A stretch of 64,000 bases of DNA from Macrostomum lignano (lineage: Eukaryota), in assembly GCA_002269645.1 (NCBI GenBank), contig NIVC01000390.1:248001-312000 (forward strand), written 5' to 3'. The position numbers were made by a program, and so were the translations under genes. The notes beneath the pieces were generated by a model. That model was not told the DNA's origin. It saw only the letters and a list, made by a program, of their open reading frames with translations, and ran no database searches. Numbering within the stretch: position 1 is the first letter of the stretch; each line of letters begins with the position of its first letter. Shown here one piece after another: positions 11,859 to 22,100 of this stretch.

Positions 11859-12329
11859 ATGCACGGCACTGACTGTTGCGAAAACTGGCCGGAACGGGAG
11901 CAGCAAGAGCAGCTTCTGCAAGAAGACGCAGTGAACTGGAAGGACTGCATCCACCGTTGGAAGTGTAGCCGAGAGAAATGGCGCCAGGAAACGGTGAAGC
12001 TGCAAAGCCAGCTGTACGACATGACACACAGCGCCTTTCACTGGCGCAAGCAGGTCTCCATAGTCCACAGCGGGCTGACCAAGATGCACGAATCTTTGCT
12101 TAACTGGCAAGCCGAAGCTCATCGTTGTCGGGAAGCGTCGCAGCAATGGCGGAATGAGAGCTACCTGTGGCGAGAACAGGCACAGCTGTGGAAAAAGCAG
12201 TGCAGCGAGCTGATGGAGCGAGTGGACAATCATCAGATTGCTCAGCTGCACCAGGCCAGGCACCTGTATTGCGCACAGATGAGGCAGCAGTACGAAGGCC
12301 AGTCGCAGTCCTGTTGTCCGGCGCACTAA
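11859..12329 (+). CDS. Single-exon 156-aa coiled-coil protein with a tryptophan heptad repeat
   Basis: GC-rich coding-like ORF with an acceptor-like TTTACCAG about 17 nt before the ATG. Trp lies at residues 27, 34, 41, 62, 83, 97, 104 and 111, all in one heptad register. Confidence 0.75.
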   Translation: MHGTDCCENWPEREQQEQLLQEDAVNWKDCIHRWKCSREKWRQETVKLQSQLYDMTHSAFHWRKQVSIVHSGLTKMHESLLNWQAEAHRCREASQQWRNESYLWREQAQLWKKQCSELMERVDNHQIAQLHQARHLYCAQMRQQYEGQSQSCCPAH

Positions 12330-13279
12330 GCCTCGACAACCTGCTGCTGCAGAGAAGCGACTGAAGGTGCCTAAAAGAGGTATGGAACTACCGGTAGAGA
12401 TATGGCAAATAGGAAAATTATTTGGATCGCCCGTATGTCATAAAGTATTTGCTTTTTCATGTCCTCATGTTTATTTTTACCCTATTCATTTTCAAATACC
12501 CGTGGCTATTTCATATTGAGAATATTGTTGCAGGATTTCAGCCAATGTACTTGAACACACTTTGTAGACATAATATGTATTACAAGCACTTACCTTAAAC
12601 AAGGTTCATATTAACAGATATTTTTCATGAAAACACTTTTTTCATCGAAGCATTTTTGTGCGCTTCTGTAGACTCGGGTCTCCAACTCAGCGAAACTTGC
12701 GAATTGGCTAGCTGTGCAGACCGCGAAAATAGCAGACTATAAAAGCACTGTGCCAGAGTTTGGCCTACTTTCAAGCTTTATGCACAGCTCTCGGTCGGTG
12801 TGCCATGTACTTATTCACTGTCGGTTATTTTTCGTTTAAAAATGTTAGCCCTACATTTACTGAGCAGTGTAGGAATGTAAAAAGTATCTACAGTAAATAA
12901 ATATACTGTATTACCTTTTTATGCTTGAATAAAAACCGTAATACAGTTTGTTGTTAACAAGCCGAGTGTTATTAATGAATTGAGAAGGCTTCGCAAGAAT
13001 CGCATGTACTCGTAGCTTATAGTTCGGCACAATACTGTCGGAAGTTTTGGTGGATATTTACACGAAATTGGTAAGTTTTAAACAAACTAATAAAGCAAAC
13101 TTTAACGTTAACAGAGCATTACATGAACAGATCCTATATAGAGATGTTCGCTTTAAGTTTCTAAATAAAAGTAAATTGTGCACTTGGTCATTCTAAAGAA
13201 AGTACATAGTATCTCACAATCGCATAAAAACAGTCAGAAAACGCGATGATTACGCGTAAATTAGCCATTGCTGCAAAAT

Positions 13280-16200
13280 TCAAGCGCCTCGTTCGATTTG
13301 GTATCGTCCACCAGCTGGCTGGGCAGCGAATTCCATCATTTCCACCTCCGACCGCGGCTTCGGTTCCGCAGCGGCTTCGCCAGCGGCCGATTCGCTCACG
13401 GGAACGTCGTATTCCGGCTCGGCTTCCTTCGCGCCGCACGCTCCTTTCTTAGACATGCAGTTAATCAATTGTACAAGAGCTACGCCAAGAAGGATTCCTA
13501 GAATGCCAAGCAGCCCCCACAGGCCCTGAAGCTGCTGCGATGCCAGTGTTGCACTCGCAGTACTGGCTGAGGTAGGAGAGGGAGAGGCAGCCGGTTGGGT
13601 GTCGCCGGTTGCGAGGCAGGTGAGGCCGGCGCACGCTCCCTCTGCAGCCTGCTTGGTGCACCAGCCGTCGCCTCCAGCTGGTCCGGATCTGAGCTGGGAA
13701 CTCAGGGATTCGGCTGACTTGCTAAATGAAGTAGTGACTCCATTGTAGTTCCCCACCTGGGAAATTAATAAAGTCGGATTTGCATATTTTTCTAGGTAAA
13801 TGCACCTAGTATAATCTTCAAGTCCTAATCACGTCTTTGTTCAGAATCAATTTACTAACAGTATTTTTTGCTTTCTATGGGTAAGTGTGCTTTGACAGTT
13901 TTCGTTCAAATATCTTCAACGTCCTTAATTAAGTCTTCTTCAGAAGTCCTTAGGAGCCATCACTAAGTTATTCGGCTAACATCAGAATCATCGCACCTGC
14001 ACGTATCGATATCCTCCGGTGGATTCGTTGCGGTACTGCCACACAGATACAGAAAGCCGGCCCATTCGGTTTTCGAAAATCTTCTGGTAAACCCATGGCG
14101 TGCCGGCACTTGTTCCGGAGAAACGTTGCGGATCTCCTACGACTTCGGTGCCATACATAATCAGATTCGCTCGCTTTGCCTGTCCAGACTTTCCAGCTTT
14201 GTAGAATGCCGAGCACACCGGCTCACTGGTCACTGTTGAGCAGAGGTAGGTCACAGCTGTCAGCGTTCCCAAAACAAGCGTTTCAGTGGCGTGGATTACC
14301 AACGGCGTTCGGGACTCCAAGCTGTCCACCGCAACTCGACTAGCTATCACATCGCCGATGCACGGTTGGCTGTACAGCGAATTTCGAATGAACGACTTAG
14401 CAAGGTAGCACCGATTGAGGCTCTCGAAGTGCAGTCGGTCCCACTGGCTCAGCCGGTTTGGATTGGTCGGCATCGAAGCTGCCCAGTAGCGCTCGTAAGC
14501 CAGAAATGCCGGCGACTCGGCCGCTTCAAACTGCATAGACAATGCCCCAATGCCGACACTGTTGCGACCTGCATAGGCGGCTTCGGACGTGCCAACGGAC
14601 TGTGTTGTAAGAAATGTCACGTTTCCAATGTCAGTCACGACCTGGTCGTAGTTTAGAATCGCCTGAAAGCTGCTCAAATCGGCTAAAAATGGAACGTAGC
14701 GAGCTTTCGATTCACGCAGACGAGCTAGAACCACTTTTTTGCATGCATCATCACCCGTTTTGCAGTTGTGCAGGATTATCTGGCCAATGCAGAGGCCATT
14801 TTCTGGAGCGCGCTGAATCATTTCATCTTTTAGTGACGTTCCAAATGCCGTATCAACATAGACTACAACAATGTACGTCACTTTTAGATGTTTGAGTATG
14901 TTGAGCATGATCTGAACAACAGTACTTGTTGAAACTCCAGTTCGAAGTACATTAGGATATTCTGCAAAGTTGCTCAATGAGCCTGCAGTTGAGCCATATG
15001 TTATTAGAGGTAGGTTGTAGGTCTTAAGCAGCTGTGAAGCCTGAGCTGTCTGGGAGCTGCCGTGTGCGCCGACAAAGCCGACCACCTTAGTGAAATTGAA
15101 GCCGGGCGCGGAGGCCAGGGTGCCGTCCAGCAGGCTGCCCAGACGCCGCACGGTGCAGCTGGGCGAGTAGCAGGTGTCCAGCACAACGTAGCCCCAGCGG
15201 AGCTTTTTGGTGCGCCCGTCGTGAACTCGCTGCAGCAGGTCTCTCACTCCGCGCAGGAAATTTTGGTCCACTTGCGACGTGTTGAAGCCCTGTGGCATTG
15301 GAGAGCCCTGGCTCAGCGCGTCCACCAGATCGACAACGAACTTGAAGGCCATCGCAAACTCGTAGCCACCTACGTTTTGAGTTCTAAAAGTGCCGTCTTT
15401 GCAGTTAAATCGGTCATTTCCTCTGTAGAAAATTGGAATTAAAACTCCCAGGTAGATGTCTCCCTCCTTGAATTGGATGAACTGCTTCTCAGATTCGCTC
15501 ACGCACTCAGGGCAACTGGCCGGACACTCCGAGGCGGTGCTGTTGGTCTCTTTAGGGAAGATGTCCGGATTCCCGCTCGTCAGCTCGTAGAATCGGCTCC
15601 TGCCGGAGACATCCAGCTCGTAGGTCTGCGCGATTGTACCCGCCTGCCTGACGATCATCTCGCCGAGTTTCACCAGCGAGTAGCTTGTGCCGCTCAGCTG
15701 GCTCTGGTAGATCTTCGCTATTGGCTGCCAGAAGCCGCGAGTGCTGTGCTCAAGTCCTCGTTCCATCGAGTACGAGGTAAAGCCAGCCCTGATAAATGAG
15801 TCCAGAATCGTGAGATTAGTTTTCAGCGATGACAGAGTAACGGACTTTTGCCTCAGCCTCTGAATGTCAATTATCGTGCTCAAGCTCGGAACTCCATCGG
15901 CCAGAAGCGGCGCAAGGCTGAGGGCGTGAAAGTCGTAGCGAAGAGCCAGCAGGTAGCAGAGGCTGTTGGGATCCGACCAGGTGCAAAGGCTGCTCGTCGA
16001 CTGCTTGAGCGAGTTCAGCCGACTGTGGGTGTCCCGCAGCTCGGAGAAGCGGCCCATGGACGCCGGGTCGGAGGTGATGTTTGAGAACAGCAGCCGAAGC
16101 TCGTCAGTGGCGACATCGGGGTCCAGAATTCCAGGAAAGATGAAGACCGTACCAAGGGCGAGGTTCCTCCGTCGGGGAGTGTCGGACATCCGGTGGAAGC

Positions 16201-17544
16201 TGCTGAAGGCGGCGCCAACCAGCACCAGCTGGTACCGCTTTTCGGTGTCCGCGAATGCGCTGTCGCTTCCAGACACGAGGTCCCACAGGCGCAGGAAGGC
16301 CGCTCCGGAGCCGACGAAGGCCACAGTGAAGCGGGGCAGCCGCCGGCTGACGTACACGAAGTCCTTTAGTGACCGAGCAGCTTCCTTCACGTTTCTGCTG
16401 GTGAAGCTCAGCAGCAGCGGGAAGCAGACGCTACCGTCTGAGCGCCACTGCGACTGCAGCTGCTGGGACAGGCGGGTCGAGCCGGGCTCCGCCTCCCACA
16501 GGAGGCCCACGTAGCTCCAGCCGCGATCAACGAGAAAACTGTAGGTGACCTGAAGCAAACAGGTGATGCAATGACAATACGATAATAGATATTTGGTAAA
16601 ATCCCGAAATTCGTCTCTCCTTCAAAGCAGAAAAAATCAACACGTCAATCAGTCTCACATTAGACAGCTCGCTAATTGATGGCGCAGCGGTGAGCTGTCC
16701 CAACCGGTCTGTCCGAAAGAATCCTCGCTGCGTACGACCGGGGTCGCTAGTGTAGTCCGTCAGGGCGGGAAGGTAACCGGTCACTGCTGGACGCGAATTG
16801 ACAGCGTCTTCCGACTGTCCGATCAGAGTGAAGTAGGTGCTGACCGAGTTCAACTCTTCAAACTGGCTGGGCGACAGGTGCACTGGGGATGTCAATTTAC
16901 CGGGTTAATGTTTGCTTGGGGATACATTTATTAGTTCTGTGTCGAAAATTTCTTATATTCCATGGTGGTACATAGAAGTACACACAAGCGCTACAAGTTG
17001 GTCGGTTGTACAGTCAATAGCATGTCCGAGGGGTACTACGCTCGTAAACACAAAATTGAACTCACCAAATGTTTGGTTAGTCCTGGCCTTGACCTGGTCA
17101 AGTATATTCGATACCAGCTGACAGGTTTCCACTATGGAGCCGCCACGGTCTGCATCAATTTCGGAAATCTGATTTGATACTTGACCAGTAAACAGAAATT
17201 ATCGTCAGTTTTAGTGCATTGGTGCATTTTTTGCATTGCAATAAGCTCACCTCCCAATGCCTGGAACAGCATGACGTCAAGCAGAGCTTCGCCAAAGTGC
17301 AGACTCAGATCCGGCTGGAGGCTGGCTGTGCACAGACTGCCAGATGAAGCGTTCAGGTTGCGTGTGTGCTGGTACCATGGCTCCGCTGAGGCTGCATTGT
17401 TTAAATACAAGTGTATAAAACTATATTTAGAGTCAAATTTCTAGTATGAAAGGTACGAAGACATTACAAATTACCTGACGTAATAGCCAACAACAGTGCG
17501 CCAAACGCTGCACGCATTGCCAGGTTGAAGCTTAAAGCCCGCAT
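13280..17544 (-). CDS. Six-exon gene (17544-17475, 17391-17251, 17179-17066, 16882-16659, 16549-13997, 13756-13280; 1192 aa): type I membrane protein with two tandem mGluR-like Venus flytrap domains and one TM helix
   Basis: Signal peptide MRALSFNLAMRAAFGALLLAITS. The second VFT has EGDIYLGVLIP, LDTCYS, VVGFVGAHGSS, ITYGST and YVQVGNY. Single TM LWGLLGILGILLGVALVQLI. All splice phases are consistent (3579 nt), though one acceptor is a weaker AAG. Confidence 0.82.
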
Positions 17545-19024
17545 GGCGCAGTGCTCCGTCTAACTCGATGGAACTCGGTTGTTCTAATACGAGCTAGCTT
17601 GTATTTTGTCTAGTTTTAATAGTCCACCTGGGTGAACAAGCCCTTCTAAATTTATGGCTCTACTGCTGAGCAGGTTAAATATAAGCGGTTAGCCTCTTTA
17701 AACGAGAGCACAGTCCATTGTGCAGTTAGTGCGCATTCTCTGCGATGTGCACTCCACCCCATCGCTCCTCAGTCAGTGAGCCCTCGGCAGCTTTTGTGCC
17801 CTGTCTAACCTTGTAGCAGGCTTTGGGCTGCTTTTTCTCTGGCCCTCTACCCCTTTGCGCAAAACAAGCGTCTATGCGTATTTTTATCATCGAGGACTGC
17901 ATATCCGGGATGTCAGTTTAGCAATTTCACTTTCTCACTATTGAGTAAACAGCCGCTAGAATATGGAAAGCTTGTTTGTTTTTCTTCGGGCACTAAAATT
18001 GAGATTAATTTTGAACTGAAGCCTCGCTGATACCAGTAATCATCCACCTTCTGCTGTGAGCTGCCCATATTTTAGGAGGAAGACCACTCAGCTGCTTGAG
18101 CTGCCATTGCGCTAGGTGATCTGACCGCCTGGAAGGCCTGGTGGTGCCACTGAATGTATTCAATCTTGAGGTGGCCCGAGCATTGACTCCTGGAGGACCC
18201 ACCCTTATTACAGCAGCAGTGCGCACACTTGAGCTGACCCCCGTTTGACAACAACAACAACAAAGCCAGGCAGCTGCGGGGGTTTTAATCAGCTTCTATT
18301 TCAAACACGGATTTGAAGCAATTGTAACCAGTGTGCAAACAACGCGAAGGAGAAACACAAAAGCACTGTTTTTATATGGTCTTCAGTTGGGTCATCAAGC
18401 ATGGGCGGCAGTAATTGTATGTATGTACAGTGCGACCCCGCCGTTCAGAGCGTGGACTTTTAATGAGGTTTTTGCATTCGATGAGGCAGTACAGGTGAAT
18501 TAAGTACCGCAGGTTCAACGACGAGGTAAATAAACAGATTGCATTCAGCTCTCAAGGTAACCGACGGGTCAGTGATTGGAGTCGCTACTCCTTGCTAATC
18601 GTCCATCAGATAAAAATAGTAACACCTATTGTAAGCCAGTTGATTTCTGCACAAGTGCAGCGCGATAAAAGCTACTTACAGTAGTCTAGGATAAATGAAA
18701 TTCTTGCTGCTAAATCAGACGAGAGGATAAGCGCATAGCTGAAGTAAAACGAATTTTTTGGACTAAATTTTAAACGAACTGCCATCAGTTACACACGCAG
18801 GGGGTTCAGACAAGAACGGGTAAAAATCAAGATTGGAGTAGGACAGAGACTAGAACGTACTTCTGTATGGGATGCGCGAGGCATTGATAGAATGGAAGTA
18901 GACTGTTTGAGTCGATTACGGCATGAAGAGATTTAATAGACACGAAGCGAATTAGGAGCAGAGAGCAAGACTATCCACAGGTCTCCTTTGCTGTCCGAAG
19001 TCACCGACCAGTTAGTTGGTCCGG

Positions 19025-19092
19025 CTATTTTCCCAGCCTGCCAGACCGCCTGCCCCTTCGGTCAGCTGACAATTTGCGAGCGCGTCGAAACA

Positions 19093-19123
<31 letters not shown>

Positions 19124-22100
19124 GCTGCCGGGACACTCGCGCTGCCGGACGCATGCGCCGTTGTACAGCTGGCGGCGGCCCCGACAGACGCAGCCCGGTC
19201 GGCAAGGCTGCGGACAAGCCGGCTGGTGCGACCGGGGCAGCCGGTGCCCGCAGCGGGACTGACAGGCGCAGTCGGAGTAGCGGAAGCCGCGCGGGCACAC
19301 CTTGTTGGCGCCGGTGCACGGGAACTGAGCGAGGTCCAGCACCGGCGACTTCTTGCGGGCGCACAGCTTCAGCACGGTGCGCACCACCGGGCAGATGCAC
19401 TTCGTGACGCTGTCCCGGTGGCATTTGCACATCTCCTCGACGCACCAGCTGAAATTTCGCGGAAGCCATGGAGATAAAGCATTTGAGTATACGAGCTTGA
19501 TTCAAATTCATGAGCCTAACTCCAGTGACTCAATAAATTCGATGAATTGCATGTCAACGGGAAAGTCAGGAGCGCCTGCACGGCCGGCGGGTGTTTAATA
19601 GCTTTGGTAAGACGGTGAAAAGGACGGTGATTGGAAGTGACGACTCGTCACGTTGTAGTCCCCTACTCGGATTCCGCCAAATACCGCACGCAAATTTGGC
19701 GTTCGTGCCCTTGCGTCGCGGGGGTACTTGTACATACCCAGACGATGAAAAAGCTAGAGCACCCTCTGTGTTAGCTTGTGCCTGCGTAAATATCTGCGCG
19801 AGTATGACTGTCACTTTGGTTTGCGATTGCACCCCAAACTATCAATAATTAACTAGCTAAAAGAAACTAAAATTAAAAAACCCGCGCCAGCCTACTTGTA
19901 GTAGGGCGTCATGTTGACTGCGCCGGCGCACTCGAGCCGGCGGAGAGGGCGGCAGTACTGCCGGGCCCAACGGCGTTGCCGCCCGTTCAGCAGGCAGTTG
20001 CTCTTAGTCCGATGGTCGGCTCTGCAGAAGCCTTCGCGCCAGGCCCGCGTGAACTCCCGCTGCGAGTGGAACATCTCGCCGTTGACGCCGAGCGAGTCGT
20101 CGTCCGACCTGCCGTTGTAATTTCCGCAGAGGCCGCACAGGTAGCCGCCGAGGCTCTTCGGCGCCTGAACTTCTAGGAAGCTGCGGCCGTCCCAGACTAT
20201 ACGAACGCCGTTTAGTAGACGCACCTGGACGAATGAAATTAAACGGGACAACTTGTAGTTTACACAGAGTTTAGACAGCAGGGACAATTAGTTTGTGCGT
20301 TTCGCAGTTTATGGAAATTTATTAAAAGGTATAATTTTGCTTCAAAATTCATAGGCTAGATAGACCTAGACAATTTTTAGGTTTTATCACTTAAATGAGC
20401 TACTTTCTCACTTTTTAAGGTTGCGAATATACGAGCGTATTTTGAAGTCAGGGCTGAAGTGCCTCAATTTTTTTAAATTAGTTCAGAAAAAAATACCATG
20501 GAGACGGGCAAACAAACAAAATTTAGCCAAATATTGTTGCTCCTCCTTTCTATTTTTTAATCAACCTTCAATCAATTTAGGAAGCATAAAAAGATTTACT
20601 GAAGTGCTGCGGCCACCTACCGCAACGCCTTCAGGGACATTGTCCCAAACAATCTTCCCGCGACAATACTGTGCGCAGACACGCACTGATACACACGCTC
20701 ACACAGGATGTACATCAGCCCTGACTTTCTAAACATCAGGCATGTACACTCTCTGTGCCTTGAAGGTTGGCTCACATGGCTGTGAATTGCAAGACAACCC
20801 CGGCCAAAGTGGATGCGAACTTGAAAGTCAAAATGGAGCCTGCAGCATTGATTTCTTTACGCCAATTCCTTCATTTGGAGCTTCAAATGCTTAAATTACG
20901 AGATTACCGTGATAAACCCTTTTCTATTTTTTTGAAGAATAGGATCGATAGTAATGTTCTTTTATGCCCCCATTATGTATCTCTTAATAATGTTTATGTT
21001 ATTCCCCCACCCCAGCTCTCATTGTGTTTTTCCCCCGCCTTGACAGAGACATACATGGCGTCAAGGGGGTTTGTAACACACATTTTAGACAGACGACTTC
21101 TACGAGCGGAGGTTAACCCGACGTTTTGAGACGGAGAACTACCTTCTTGACGAAAAAATACGCTGAAAGAAGTCCCCGAGACATTTGAGACTTTGATATG
21201 CGTAAAACCACAGCTTAAATCGTTCAAATAATACAGGAAGGTTTCCAATCGCATGAAATCCCCATTTATCCCATAAAGATCTCGGGTTTTCAGCATAACG
21301 GGAGCTTTTTGGCTCCAAATGAAGGGATTGGCTTAGAGAAATTGGAACCCAATGCTTCAGGCTCCATTTTGACTCGTAAGTTCAACATCCCCTTTTCTTG
21401 CTCAAGCTCCCAACTAATGTGCCCGCGCACGGCATCGAATCAGGGGTCCTGTCAGACGCGTTTGCCGCTGAGCTGGTCTGCCCCTGAGAAGGTGAAAAAT
21501 AATAGTTTTCAAACGCATCTGAACCGGATTCGAACACTATCGACAATAGTAACCTTACGTGCTCGTGATACAGGATTTTGAAGCTTGTCTTTACTCTTAC
21601 TGCTCACCTGCAAGTAGCCGTTCAGCGTAGCGACAGAGAGCCAGCCGCCGTTGCGAATGCTGCCCAGGCTGATGCGGCGGCCGTTGAGTCGCAGCTTGAA
21701 GCCGGCCCCGACACTCAGCCGGTTGCGCAGGATGGCGATCTGCAGCGCCCGGCCACGCCTGCCGTACGCAAAGCGAATGCGGAACTTCGAATAGCGTTCG
21801 ACGCACAGCTTAACCAGGGTATACCTGCACCGTTCTCGCATGTGCACTATGCTGGCATCGAAGGTGCGCAGCAGCGGCCGACCGAGCACCGAGCAGGAGC
21901 CGAACTTCTCCACGCACTGGGGGCAGCACTGGCCTGGCCGAGTCTCCAGCTCATAGCCAGGCGCGCATCCGTTGCGCTGATCGGCGCAGTCTGGCTTGCG
22001 GCACGAGATCTGTCCGGCGCGGCAGATGCAGTGCGAACAGGTGTCCGGCTGCCACTGGGCCGCGTGCTGCGGAAGTGAATGAGTTGGGACAGACACAGGG

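Noticed and set aside
14291-16514. Antisense ORFs over the receptor gene, and similar ones over the LINE, BMPER and ENaC exons
   Set aside because: Shadow frames of GC-rich coding sequence with no recognisable motifs.
20767-21296. ORFs inside the MITE as a transposase
   Set aside because: Short, AT-rich and with no DDE or DNA-binding motif.
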